Positions 24,475-36,725 of a DNA stretch of 64,000 nucleotides are shown here, piece after piece. The stretch is from Podarcis cretensis (lineage: Eukaryota), in assembly GCA_951804945.1 (NCBI GenBank), contig OX638149.1, positions 114,700,001-114,764,000 on the forward strand, in the 5' to 3' direction. Below the pieces are notes generated by a model, which was not told the DNA's origin, ran no database searches, and was given only the letters and a program-made list of their open reading frames with translations. Made by a program: the position numbers and the translations under genes. Each line of letters opens with the position of its first letter. The stretch's first letter is position 1.

Positions 24475-25687
24475 TACTTATTAGCAGGAGGATACACATA
24501 AGTTTCGTTATCGCTCAGCAGTAGAGTCATTGAAAAACACAATTCCTCAATTTCTCTCTGCTAACATTTGCCTGATAGTATCAGCAGACATTGGCAAATG
24601 GTTGTCTGAAGGGAGTTTAGTCGGACAGTCAACACCTCAAAGTCACAGGGTAGTATTCAACTCATATTTACTCAGAGCAGACCTATTGAAATTAACAACT
24701 AAGTTAGGGGCATCAATTGCAATGAGTTTACACTGAGCAAAGTTGACTACTACCTTCTAGTGATCTCTCTCTCTTATACACACACAAGATTCACATATGC
24801 ACTTGCGTTTTATTCTGTCAATAGTTATTGTACCATTTGGGCCCCAAACAAAAACAAAACAGAACAGAACAGCACGTCACATGGAGAAGTAATCTGTATG
24901 CAAAATACATCCCAGTGTGCCTCTTTGCAAATCTCTTTGCCCTACTTGCAAGCTAGATTAAATGGGGTGGAAACAGTACAGTCACAAATGCCTCAGCATT
25001 TCCATTTTTAAGGCTGTAGTACTGTATAAGTTTACTTGGGAGTAGAGCTGGGCAAATCTGTCAATTTCATGTTCTCGTTTCCCCCAATTTCAGTTCTCCA
25101 CATTTCCACATCAGTTTGCTTAAAAAGAAAAAAAAAAGTATTTGGTGTCTAATACAAATTTATCCTAAAATACACCTCCCCATTCACCCCATGAGGTCAT
25201 CTCAGTGAAGCCACACCCATCTGTCTTCCACCTAATGTCATAGGTGTTCGGCAAGGAAAACTGAAGCTTGGACAAAGGTGAAGCTTGATGGGATGGTGTC
25301 TTCAGATACCTTTGAACAAGGCTTCTTAAGCACAGACAATCAGTTGGGAAATGTTGTGGGCAAGGCTTCTCAAGAACTCCTCAACTGCCCTTGAGAAGCA
25401 GGATGCACAGTGCTGATTGCAGCATTGTGCACACCATTCTGATTTCAAACAATGTGGGTGAAAACACATGACACCAGGGAATTCACAGGCGGGCATCCCC
25501 ATCTACCTGTTTATGTGCACACCTTCCATAATTGCATCTGTGGTCTTACTCCATGCACAGGGGCTTCTCATCCTCAGTAGCCAGCTCACACAGACTGAGA
25601 TGGTTCAGTGCTCTCTATTCCAATTCTGGTGGATGCCCAGCTCAGCTTTATAGAAATGTCACTCTGCTTGCACAGCTAGCAAGGGAG

Positions 25688-25848
25688 CATAGCAAGCTGC
25701 CTTAAACCAAGTCTGACCATTGATGCATCTAGCTTATTATTATCCATGCAAACTGGCAGCAGATCTCCAGGGTATCATCAGACAAGGACTCTTATCTAGC
25801 CCTACCTGGCAATGACGGCCATTGAAACTTGGACTTTCTACATGTAAA
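25688..25848 (-). mobile_element. tRNA-derived SINE (family of 1490-1693), diverged
   Basis: CATAGCAAGCTGCCTTA...GACCATTG...CTGGCAGCAGATCTCCAGGG...AGCCCTACCTGG. Confidence 0.65.
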
Positions 25849-25922
25849 TATTTGCAAATGAGGTATCTGAAATGAATTATGGGTTCAGTCATAATAAACT
25901 TGTTACTCATTTAAACATAGAG

Positions 25923-26058
25923 CAGGCTTCCTCAAACTCAGCCCTCCAGATGTTTTGAGACTACAATTCCCATCATCCCTGACCACTGGTCCTGCTAGCT
26001 AGGGATCATGGGAGTTGTAGGCCAAAAACATCTGGAGGGCCGAGTTTGAGGATGCCTG
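25923..26058. mobile_element. hAT (Charlie-like) hairpin MITE, 136 bp
   Basis: TIR CAGGCTTCCTCAAACTC / GAGTTTGAGGATGCCTG. Near-palindromic body. TSD ACATAGAG / ACCTAGAG. Confidence 0.9.
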
Positions 26059-27576
26059 ACCTAGAGAGTATCAGCATCATGTATTGCACAACGGAGGACT
26101 CTGATGAAGTTCAGGCTAGTTCCTTGAGGTGGGAACCAATGGCACCCTATTCCTGGCCTTCCTGGATAGAGGACACTTCCCTACTGCCATCTTCTGTTTC
26201 CCCAGACTCACAGAAGCCAAAGACTTCAGAGAGACAAAAACTACCACCTTTCAGGCTTAGTCCGCTTACATAAGGCTTCTATGAGACAATTTATCTCATA
26301 CCTGCCTCAGCAGCGTCCTCTCTGCCAACCAAAGTACCCTTGTACCCAGCATTGTTTGGGAATTCTTAAAAAACAAAACAAAATACAAGCAAAATAATCA
26401 TTGAAGTTTTGAAACAATTGGTTAAAATCAGTCCAATTCTGAAAGGGTTGGCCCAAGCACCACCAAAAAGCTGCTCCTCAGTCTTAGGAACCATAATGCA
26501 AAATCTCGTTACAATATCTTCAGAGTGTGTCCAAATGCATAGCGACTTTCCAAAAAATATATATCTCATCTATGCACATTATTAAAATCTTGTGACAATG
26601 AGGAATCATGGCAGAATATATCACCATAGCTCCACAGCACTAAAACTCTTCAAAGTGTATAATCTCCTTCAATGGCTTCTCACAATCCCTCCCTCTGGCT
26701 TGGCCTGTAGCCTCCCAGCCCTTCTGATAAAAGACAAAGGTTTTCCAGCATGATATCTCACCTGGGCCAGGGTAGCCTGTGGATTGTAAGCTACATCATT
26801 ACCTTTATTGCACAGTTAATAGAAGGCCAACCCTGTATTCTCATTGCCGTTGAAGATCTAATGTAGGACGCCAACTCTGCCCTCTGAAATTGAATTTCAT
26901 ACTTTCCCTACTAGATCTGAATTATGCCAGCTGCTTTCCGTACAGTAATAGGCACTTGAGGTAGATGATTGGTTTAATAACCTAGCCAGGTACCGCAGCT
27001 CTGAATGGCTGCGCACAGCAATTGAAGCTAAAATGGCCTTTAAAGAAAATGCTATTTATACCAAATACAATAAATGGGTCTCTGCAATGGCCTCGAGTGT
27101 CAGAGGTGAAACATATATATTGTTTAGAATTTCCCCCAGAAGATCAAAATGAACAACACAGGTCATTCATAAAAAAATATTAAGAATGACTCGATAAATA
27201 TTATCTCCCCCCTCAACGAAAAAGACCCCCCCTTGTGTTATGACAAATGGAGCCATTCAAGCTTTGTGATAAAATGTGCATGAAAAAAATCACTGAACAA
27301 TCTTCCCATACTATGGTTGCTTAGCTTCCACACACATTTATTTAATTCATGCAAGATTCTTTTGAGGGCCATCACAGTCACACACACCAGAGGAAGTTTG
27401 CTAGTCTCATGGAGCTCCCTTTTATATTGCAATCCTCAACGCATCTATAAGGAAGTAACTCACACTGAATTTTGCCAAACTTACACCTGAAGATTGTACT
27501 GGGCATTTCTCTCAAGAGTCCTTCTGATTGCAAGCAGGAACCTTCAATAACTCTTTAAACCAGGGACAATCTAGGT

Positions 27577-27712
27577 CAGAGTTTCCCAAACGTAGGTCTC
27601 TAGCTGGTTTTGGATGACAACTCCCATCATCCCAGGCTAGCAGGACCTGTGGTCAGGGATCATGGGAATTGTAGTCCAAAAATTGCTGGAGACCCAAGTT
27701 TGGGAAACCCTG
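27577..27712. mobile_element. hAT (Charlie-like) hairpin MITE, 136 bp
   Basis: TIR CAGAGTTTCCCAAAC / GTTTGGGAAACCCTG. Perfect 8-bp TSD ATCTAGGT. Confidence 0.9.
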
Positions 27713-28695
27713 ATCTAGGTGGTGCCCCTCAGATGTTCCAGGATGATATCTCTCTTCTGCCCCAGACAGCATATCCAATGGTGGAAGGCACTGCATTGGC
27801 CACCCTGATTTGATCTATACATTTGCAGCATTTAGCAGAGCTGGCAGAACCTCAACCTCACTGAGATATTTTGCAACCCTTTATCAAAAGCCTTTGGGCT
27901 TCCCTTGGAATTTCTTGGATGGGTTCCAGGATCACAAAATTTGCCTCAGATTTCACTATACATAAAATGTTGCAGCAATGCTAGGACTTCTTCCGTCCTT
28001 AAGACTTTGAGTTGCGTGTGGGTCTCTCTGTGTGTGGAGGGTATCACAGGAAACTAATAGGACAAGCTCTCCATAAACATAAACATGCTTAAGCACTCTC
28101 TCCAAAGACATAAACATGCTTCGACCCACCAGGAGGCTGTGATAACAGCCCATACAACTGCTATTCGACTCAGCTGTCTGGAATGTTTCCCCCCACATAC
28201 ACACATGATTGTGCCATAATGCTTTAATGAGGAGATTACTAGTTTTTATTCTTTTGCTTCCTGCACAGCCAAACAGTTAATTTCGCCTAGCTATGATAAT
28301 CCTCCCTCCTTTCCTCTGATGCAAATTGCTCCAATTTTATTTCTCAGCTGTGATTATAAAACTGGTTTTCAGGATGGTCAGGCAGGGAGAGACTGCATGT
28401 TTTTAAAGAGCTGGATTTTGCTTTCACCTCAAAAAAGTGTATTAACAGCTTCAAGAGAAGTGGGTTTATTTGTTTCTTTGTTTTTAAAGAGCCAGCTGGA
28501 ATGTTGCAAAACGTGGGTGTATTACTTCCTAAACAAAGGTTGAGCCACTCAGTGCAAGAATTAAGAAACATTATAGAAAAAAGCTGCCTTGTTGATTATA
28601 GTTACCAAGAGGAATCATGCTAGCAGGTATACTTTGGTGGTAAGGTACAGATGATGACACCAAGTTCCAGTCATTCTCTTGCTCTGCTGTCAAAT

Positions 28696-29052
28696 GAGCA
28701 GAGAATTTGAGTTAGTTTGTATTTAAAGTTGAACCTACTTAATTTGCAGTTTCTGAAACAATACATGAACCAAAACACAACCATCTTTCAAAAATTAAAC
28801 CTCTTCCAATTTTGCAATGCAGTTCTTGAGCCAAGTATATGACAGAGTAAGGTGTGCAAAAAGAGAGAGTATATATTAGTGATAATTGCACACAAAAATG
28901 TATTATTAGAGAGAATTGCTTTACAAAAATGTGTATTGGGGAAATTTGCTGATGAATTTTCTTGAGGACTTAAAAAGAAATGCAAACTGATTTGGAAATG
29001 TGGAAAATGAGACCCAGAGAGAGACCAAGTTTGACAAGTTTGCCCATCTGTA
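28696..29052 (+). mobile_element. AT-rich hAT-like element (TAGGGATG-TIR family)
   Basis: Colinear with 57485-58155 (GTATTTAAAGTTGAACCTAC, AATTTTGCAATGCAGTTCT). Ends GCCCATCTGTA. Confidence 0.65.
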
Positions 29053-30606
29053 GCTGATGGTCCTCATCTTATTTCTGCTAATGAAAGTTTCTTTTTTAAG
29101 AAAAGTGAGAAAGATATCCCATTTTTAGACACCATTGTTCTTGCAAGCTTCTTTTAACTTACTAGTCTAGGAGGAATATAGTTAGGTATTCATTTAGCAA
29201 AACTCCCCTAAATGCCAGGGCAGAACTCCTGGACATTTTTATACCTGTCTTGCCTGGTAACTTTTATAACTGCAATCATTTAAAGACTGCAGTAACATCA
29301 CAATATGGCTTCCTAGCTGTTTCTTCTAGGGAGGCACCCAAATCTTGCTTTGAGGAAAAAGTTGATCGCAGCTGTAAGGCCAGATGCTAAGATATCCCAA
29401 CAACATCTCCATTTTACTCATTTACAAACGCAAGATAGTTCAGTTGTGTTTTAGCTGGTGCTACCTTTATTTTGAGGCATTCCCCATTACCACAAAAAAA
29501 CAACCTGCAAAATGACTTTTATTTGCCAGCAATATTTCAATTGCTAAATAGCAATAATCACATCTATTGTTATCTCTTTCTACTAAACAAGAGGGATGCA
29601 TTTTTCACCGCTTTTGTTATTCAGAGAGTGAATAATCCGAATCACCCTTCGACTTGCACAGCTTCCTTAGCAGTGAGTGTTCTTTTTGCCTGTAGATTTT
29701 TATTTACTCTATAAACGGCAGAATTCTGGCCCTAAAACATTTTTATATGCATGCATCTTTCAAATTCATATCCAGGAAAATCTCTTATCAACCTAACACA
29801 GTCAAAAAACCAGGCAGCATTCTTCCAGGGTACTTTAGCGTTTAACGCTTGACAGCATTCTTATGCAGCGACAACACTATCAATAAAGCCATTTCATTTT
29901 TTACATTTTGCTGAAATGTGTTACAACGGTCAGCATGGAAGATCCCTTAGCAACACTAAAATTGATAGACTTGATAAAAATTTAAACTTGCAGGGATCAG
30001 CGGTGACCGTCCCACCGAGTGAAGTCACACAACCGGTTCGCACAATAATTGGACATGAAAGCTTTATCACAGCTCTCTCCCCATTGATTGATACTGCATG
30101 CACATGTTGAAAAGTCACTACACATAAATCTGGCGTGCTGGATTTGTTCAAATCCACTCTTGGAAGCAGCATGCTTACAAATACCAACTGCTGGAAACCG
30201 CAGGAAGGGTGATTGCAGTCGTGCTCAAATCCTGTTTGCAGCCTTCTGATAGGCATCTGGTTGGCTACTGTGAGAATAGGATGCTAGGCTTGATAGACCA
30301 CCAGCCAGATGCAGCAGGCTCTTCTTATGTTCTCAACTCTCAAGCTATTATATAATAAATGATTCTGGGGTAACATATCTTCACCCCCTTGTATTGGGGC
30401 AGTGTTACCATTCCCCAGACGCTTCGGAGCTGAGCAGGGAAAAATTTGCATATTCCAAGTTTATCCATATGTAGGCAATGGATTAACTCCCATGCAGAGA
30501 CTGGAGAACTGGTTAGATTCCTCTAGAATGCCACCAGGGGAATTGTTGGCCATCCATTTGTCTCCACCTCTTTGACTCAGAGACAGAGAGTATACAATGG
30601 ATACTA

Positions 30607-30848
30607 CAGTGGTACCTTGGGTTACATACGCTTCAGGTTACATATGCTTCAGGTTACAGACTCTGCTAACCCAGAAATAGTACCTCAGGTTAAGAACTTT
30701 GCTTCAGAATGAGAACAGAAATTGTGCTCCGGTGGCGCGGCAGCAGTGGGAGGCCCCATTAGCTAAAGTGGTGCTTCAGGTTAAGAACAGTTTCAGGTTA
30801 AGAATGGACCTCTGGAACAAATTAAGTACTTAACCCGAGGTACCACTG
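30607..30848. mobile_element. Tigger-like MITE family A
   Basis: TA|CAGTGGTACCTTGGGTTA...TAACCCGAGGTACCACTG|TA. Confidence 0.92.
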
Positions 30849-31860
30849 TATTTTAGTTTAGCCTCTCCACAGTTTGGGGAAGGACACCAGTCAATGCATT
30901 CTGGCTTCTGGCAAAAAGGAGGCAACAAAAATCCCAACTCGATCACTGAATGCCAATTAACACATCCATAATACAAGACTGACTTATAGAATTGATTGAA
31001 CATAAAGTGGTGATAGTTATTAGCTATGATTATTGACTTAGATGAGTTTTTTTTAGTCAAATTCATAGAAAAGTACATATTTTATGGCTCCTCCAGTAGA
31101 TATGGGATCATCTCTAGAAACAGACTTGAGAACTCCCTTTCTTCCCCTATTGAGCTCATGGTTTTGGTTTTGTTTCTCATGAACAGTACACACTGGGAGG
31201 ATGAAACAGGTTCTGAAGCTGCTTCATCTCCATTTCTCTCTCTAATCTCTCCTCAGTCCCATCTCCAGTCCTCTCTCTTTGTTTTTATCCTTGCCGCTTA
31301 GCGCTCCCTGCCCCCAGCTATTTATGACCAGCACCCCATGGCATAGATTTAATTTTGAAACTTATTTCATGCTTTCCCATTGCTAAAATGCCTGTGATTT
31401 CTCTCTTCCACCCCCTCTCTCTTTTGTTTTGTTGGATGAATGATACATCAAATACCCCCAAACAGCCAGCTGCACACTGAGAGCTTCACAAATAATAATT
31501 GTTAACAACATGAATATAGATAAAATAAATTATTAGGGAGAAATCAGGTGGATAGAAGATGGTTTCATTTTAAAAAGGGGAAGGAGCACAGTACACCAGA
31601 TTCTTTTTAATGCCACTAGCATTACATAAAACATTTATCCACACATTGTTCCATGCAGCCACATGCCACATTGAAAGTTTGCAGTATTTCTATACCACTG
31701 ATGTATGGCCCAAAAGGAAATGATGCTCACTCACTGCACACAGATACGCCGGAGCACAAGGTTAAATATGACACTGGGTTTGTAGAATCCTGCATTTTTT
31801 CAATGTTCAGAAACATAGGAAGCTGCCTTATATTGAGTCAAACCATTGGTCTATCAACAC

Positions 31861-31993
31861 CAGTGTTTCTCCAACTTTGGTTTCCAGCTGCTGTTGGACT
31901 ACAACTCCCATCATCCCTGACCACTGGTCCTGCTAGCAAGGAATGATGGGAGTTGTAGTACAACAGCAGGATACCCAAGTCTGAGAAACATTG
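31861..31993. mobile_element. hAT hairpin MITE nested in a minus-strand tRNA SINE (~31810-32060)
   Basis: CAGTGTTTCTC...GAGAAACATTG ends with the family core. The flanks rejoin as AACATAGGAAGCTGCCTTATA...CTCAGCCCTAC. No clean TSD. Confidence 0.75.
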
Positions 31994-32530
31994 GCTTATA
32001 CCGACTGGTAATGGCTCTTTAGGCTTTCAGACAGGGAGTCTCCCTCAGCCCTACTTCAGCTGCATCCTAAAAATTACATGGCTGCAATATTATTTTCTCT
32101 CCCTCCTTTTCTTTCCTTTCACATTCTATACAAACCAGGCTAATCAAATTGAAACGATTGTCTAAACAATCAACCTATCTACTGCAGTCCCCTTTCACAC
32201 TCTTAATTTCTGAGAATTGTCAGTCTACATTGGTGGTGACATTAATTACATCTGAATTCAGTGTTACAAATAAACACATGGGCACACATTGCTACCATTA
32301 AGATGTTTTACTCTCTGCATGTTCTGATTAGATTAAAATTCAACGGGCATACTGGATAGGTGACACATCCACCCTCATTCATATAAATACATTCTGGAGT
32401 GTTAAAAGAAGGACCGTTAGGGCTGACATACGTCTGGAATTTCCTGGATATAGCTGGAATACAGCAGTCAGAAACAGTGGAAATAACTTTGGCTCACATT
32501 TGAATGAGCGTGTTCAGATTTAACATGTAG

Positions 32531-33080
32531 CCAGCAATGGGAAGGATTCTCTGATGGAGACCACGGAGAACAGTTGCCTGTCAACGGTAGACAACACTGG
32601 TGTAAAGGTGGTGTTTCCCCTTCGCAGTAACACTCCAGCACAATCAGCGAGATATGTACAGTCTTTATTACATATATACAAGAACAGCTACAGTTCAGAA
32701 TTACGCGTCCAAACCCATTGAGTCAGATTCGGGAAGTGGCTTCCTACGATTCCCATGCCAACAAAGTAGGCGTGGGAATCGCACGACGTCTTTGATCCTT
32801 ACGTTTCACTTCCCTCCTTGCCTGTGCTGATTTGAAAGCCATCTTCCTTCCTGAGTCTGAGCTTCCTTCCTGAGCCTCTGGGTTGGTTGCAGGGCTCTCT
32901 AGCATCCCTGAGCCCCTGTTCTCCCTGACTGCTCTCCGCCCCCTGTTCTGCCTCCCTTGTCATCTCCCTGTCTTCCTTTTCTGCCCATTGCTCTTCAGAA
33001 TCCTCCCTGACAACTGGGCTAAATGGACAAACAAGTCCAACATATTAAAAAGCAGCCTTTACTGTTCCTATGATGTTCCT
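32531..33080 (+). mobile_element. tRNA-derived SINE (family of 1490-1693), split by a solo LTR
   Basis: GTAGACAACACTGG|...|GCTAAATGGAC...AAGCAGCCTTTACTGTTCCTATG rejoins across the LTR. Confidence 0.68.
32601..33012 (-). mobile_element. Solo LTR (Gypsy-like), 412 bp
   Basis: TG...CA termini. Perfect 5-bp TSD ACTGG (32596-32600 / 33013-33017). Same TCCCTGACA end as the 12713 LTR. AATAAA on the minus strand near 32664. Confidence 0.85.
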
Positions 33081-33787
33081 GCAGCTTGACCAATCGCAAC
33101 TAGGAGCAGCCAGGATCTAGGTCTAGTCAAAGATCTAAAAAAAAAAAGTGTAGATGCACACACACACTGGCCAGCTTTTGTTTTGTCTTGGAATGTTCCT
33201 TTGGGGCTTCTCAGAAGTATGTAAAGGCAAGAAGCAGGCAGGGGAGTGCTGACCTGCAATGGTACCAGTCTTGCCAAAGGGAAGATGGTTCTTTGAAAAT
33301 GAGATTCAGAAGCAACACAAAATACACAAATGAGTGAGAAGATTAAAGAGTTTATTCTAAAACAGCAAGCAATGTATATATACCAAACAAGCCACTGGGA
33401 AGCCCTCAAGAAGCGACAAAGCAGCTCCCCCAGGTAGCCTCAGATCAGTCTGTGCACAAGCTTCAAAGAAACTCCGCCCAAACCGTCCGGTTTTCTAGAT
33501 AGCCTGTGTAGCTTCCAAGGCTGACTACGTGCAGATCATCCATTAGCCACCCCCTCCTAATGCGTCACTTTCTCAAAACAATGTCCAACATCAAAGAAGG
33601 TACCAACATTATCCTCCACAACTGATTCAGGCAGCTAGGTTAGGGTTCCACCACCTCCCAATGTTCTCAGGGCATTAAAGACTGCTCTCACACCATCGAA
33701 AAACTTAACAAGAGGGAAGGAACAGAGGCAGGAAGAGTTCCGTGTTAGATCACTAACTCCTCGATACATTTTTGTCTTCTGGATGCA

Positions 33788-34610
33788 TTTGCGTGGACAG
33801 GCGGAGTCCCCAGATCCCGAGTGGTCCCCCCCCGTCATGTGGAATAATGACTCTAGACAACATGCTATGGGATTAAATTGGCCACAACTTTATTAAATTT
33901 CAAATGTGGGTAGACCTTGGCTCAGGCATTGGGCGTTCTCCCTCCCTAGTCCCCAGCCGGGGACCTAGGGAGCATCAGGGTTATCCAGTGTGTGTGGGGG
34001 GGATGGGCCGGCTCTGGAGAACATATGTTCAAGCAGAGATAGCTGCCCCCGTTACGCCGCCGCAGGGGAGAGCAATGACGACCTTTCGGCATACGGCCAA
34101 AGCCTCCCTTCAAAAACCCCTTTAACGGGGAACCCTGGTATCGCCGCCGCAAAGAGGAAGATGGACTAAAGGATTCCGCCCAAGGCCTGATACCGCCAAA
34201 GTTGTGACGTTTTGCTACGGGAAAGGCGAAACCTGCCAATGCAGGGAAATTCCTTTCCGGCCCTTTAACAGCGACCTTATCGTAGCAGCGCCCCCATACC
34301 TGTGGAGACAGGTTAACCTGCAAAACCTATGAAGAAAAGTTAACCTGCAAAAGAAGACATTAACTGAGGGTGGGTAGGGTGGGAGAAGCTCTGGAGCCAA
34401 GTGAGGATTACCAATTAAGATCCACCCTCTATTGTGTGGGCAGGTAATCCCTCCCCCTACCTGGCCTGGTTTCCCTGGCAATGCTTCCCCCAGGTGGGAT
34501 TGGACAACTCACTGGGGTAGGCGGGGACCTCCAGGTATCCCACCTGAGGGAAGGCAAAGCCTATGCTGATGGGGCCACTCCAGATCCAGGGCTGCACGCG
34601 TCCATGCAAA
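33788..34610 (-). mobile_element. CpG-rich non-coding retroelement remnant, probably a DIRS/Ngaro-type terminal repeat
   Basis: Minus-strand AATAAAGTTGTGGCC with downstream GT-rich sequence. No TG..CA and no TSD. Short inverted ends TTTGCGTGGAC / GTCCATGCAAA. Diverged relative at ~38110-38990. Family and boundaries uncertain. Confidence 0.55.
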
Positions 34611-34709
34611 GGGCGCCCCCCATTTTAAGTGGGGAGCGGTCATTCCCATACAGCACCCATCTGAGAGGTGCTGGAACTGCACTCTGGCTGAAAAAAAAAA
34701 GCACTGGCC

Positions 34710-34893
34710 AACAGGAACACAAGAAGCTACCTTCTACCAAGTCAGCCCACTGGTCTATCTAGGGTGGTATTGTCTACACTGACTGGCAGAAGCTCCCCAG
34801 GACTTCAGGAAGCTCTAACTGATGATGCCACAGACTGATCCTGGGATGCTCTGCATGCAAAGCAAATGCCTTACTGCTGAGATACAGTTACTT
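34710..34893 (-). mobile_element. tRNA-derived SINE (family of 1490-1693)
   Basis: GAACACAAGAAGCTACCTT...GTATTGTCTACACTGACTGGCAG...CTGCATGCAAAGCAAATG...CTGAGATAC. Confidence 0.72.
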
Positions 34894-35022
34894 CAAATAG
34901 TAACAAAGACCCAACCCACACCTTAGTCCTGGTATTGTGCAACAGTGCAGTTGGCACTGAAGTTTGGTAAGCATCCCTAGTCCATAGGTAGAAGCCTTGT
35001 GTTTTAGGACTCCTCTTTGCAG

Positions 35023-35169
35023 NNNNNNNNNNNNNNNNNNNNNNNNNNNNNNNNNNNNNNNNNNNNNNNNNNNNNNNNNNNNNNNNNNNNNNNNNNNNNN
35101 NNNNNNNNNNNNNNNNNNNNNNNNNNNNNNNNNNNNNNNNNNNNNNNNNNNNNNNNNNNNNNNNNNNNN
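35023..35169. other. Assembly gap (147 N)
   Basis: Run of N. Confidence 1.
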
Positions 35170-36167
35170 ATATTGCCATCAGTCATATGCTGCTAATCCT
35201 TCTGGCAGAACAACCTAATAGTGCAGCCACCAAATATTTAATAATTCTGAATAAACTTCAGAGCAGTGTTCCTATAATTAGTTCCCTTCTATCCTCTTTT
35301 CACTGATAATCTCTGGCTTTTTCTTGTTGCTTTTTCTTAAGGAACCAGAATATAAATGCTAGCAGATTTAAGATAAGGAGAGAGAAAGAGGGAGGGAGGG
35401 AGGGAGGGAGGGAAGGAGAGAGAGACTCATTTGGTGTCCTAGCTATTTGAAGCTTCAGAACCACTCTTTTTCAGTAGATTCGGACAGCAAGTTAAATGGG
35501 AAGAAAACAATATTATTTGGTAGGAGAAGTGAGCAGGGTGCAGCTGCCAAGAAGAAATGCATCCATGCTGAACAGTGGAAGAGAAGGCAGTCATTCTTTG
35601 CATGCTGTTATGTTGACAGGAAGTGACACAAACTGGTGCAGAGTGCCCATTAAAGCAGTTCCACTGGCACTTGGATGAATATTTACCCTGGGGCAAATCT
35701 CATCCTAACAAAATGATTCCAAGAGAGATCCTAAGAAGAAAGCCATATTAAGAGCAACCTAGTTCCATTATTTCTGGGGGACTACCACAAAAGTACTTAA
35801 CTGGACATCACATTTTGTATACCATACTAGGGATGTTACTTTTTTGCAGAAGGAATGCTGGAGTTCAATGCAATAACAAAATGTTCTAATAGGAAATAAA
35901 CTTTTTTTATATAGCTTGACACCATTGGTGGATTTTAATACCCATGTTCTTCTTGCATTCATTCTAGACTGGCCTACCAACCACTCACTCCTTTTTCTGC
36001 TCCACCCCCCCCCCCACTTTCCACTAACTTCTTTTGTGTCCTTTTTCTTCTCCATTCTTTTTTACATTTACATTACAGTTATTCTCGCTTCACCCGTGGA
36101 ATAGCATGCCATGCCAACCCTGGCCCCTGCTTTCCAAAAATTCAGTATGGTGCCAGAATAGGGAAAT

Positions 36168-36477
36168 GAAGAAGAAGAAGAAGAAGAAGAAGAAGAAGAA
36201 GAAGAAGAAGAAGAAGAAGAAGAAGAGTAGTAGTAGTAGTAGTAGTAGTTTGGATTTGATATCCCACTTTATCACTACCCAAAGGAGCCTCAAAGCGGCT
36301 AACATTCTCCTTTTCCCTTTCCCCCCCACAACAAACACTCTGTGAGGGGAGTGAGGCTGAGAGACTTCAGAGAAGTGTGACTAGCCCAAGGTCACCCAGC
36401 AGCTGCATGTGGAGGAGCAGGGACGCAAACCCAGTTCACCAGATTACAAGTCCACCACTCTGAACCACTACACCACA
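36168..36477 (-). mobile_element. Squam3-like CORE SINE with compound (CTA)n(CTT)n tail
   Basis: Reverse complement of 7237-7526. Its tail explains the poly-Lys/Ser/Phe ORFs. Confidence 0.88.
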
Positions 36478-36587
36478 TTTGGAAATTTAGGGTTTCCAAA
36501 CAGGCTCTCCATACAATCAGGGATCCAGGTCATAGGCTCCCCATGCGACCAGGGGCTCTGATTGCAAAGGGTTTCCAATCATGCTGT

Positions 36588-36725
36588 TGTTGTTGTTTAG
36601 TCGTTTAGTCGTGTCCGACGCTTCATGACCCCATGGACCAGAGCACACCAGGCACTCCTGTCTTCCACTACCTCCCGCAGTTTGGTCAAACTCATGCTGG
36701 TACTCATGCTGGTAGCTTGAGTTTG
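36588..36725 (-). mobile_element. BovB 3' end only, with a 12-bp internal tandem duplication
   Basis: (CAA)n tail. ACTCATGCTGGT present twice. 11-bp TSD AATCATGCTGT (36577-36587 / 36726-36736). Confidence 0.92.

Noticed and set aside
35000-35169. Acceptor-like CTCCTCTTTGCAG immediately before the N gap, suggesting a hidden exon
   Set aside because: Untestable from this sequence, and such motifs are common by chance.
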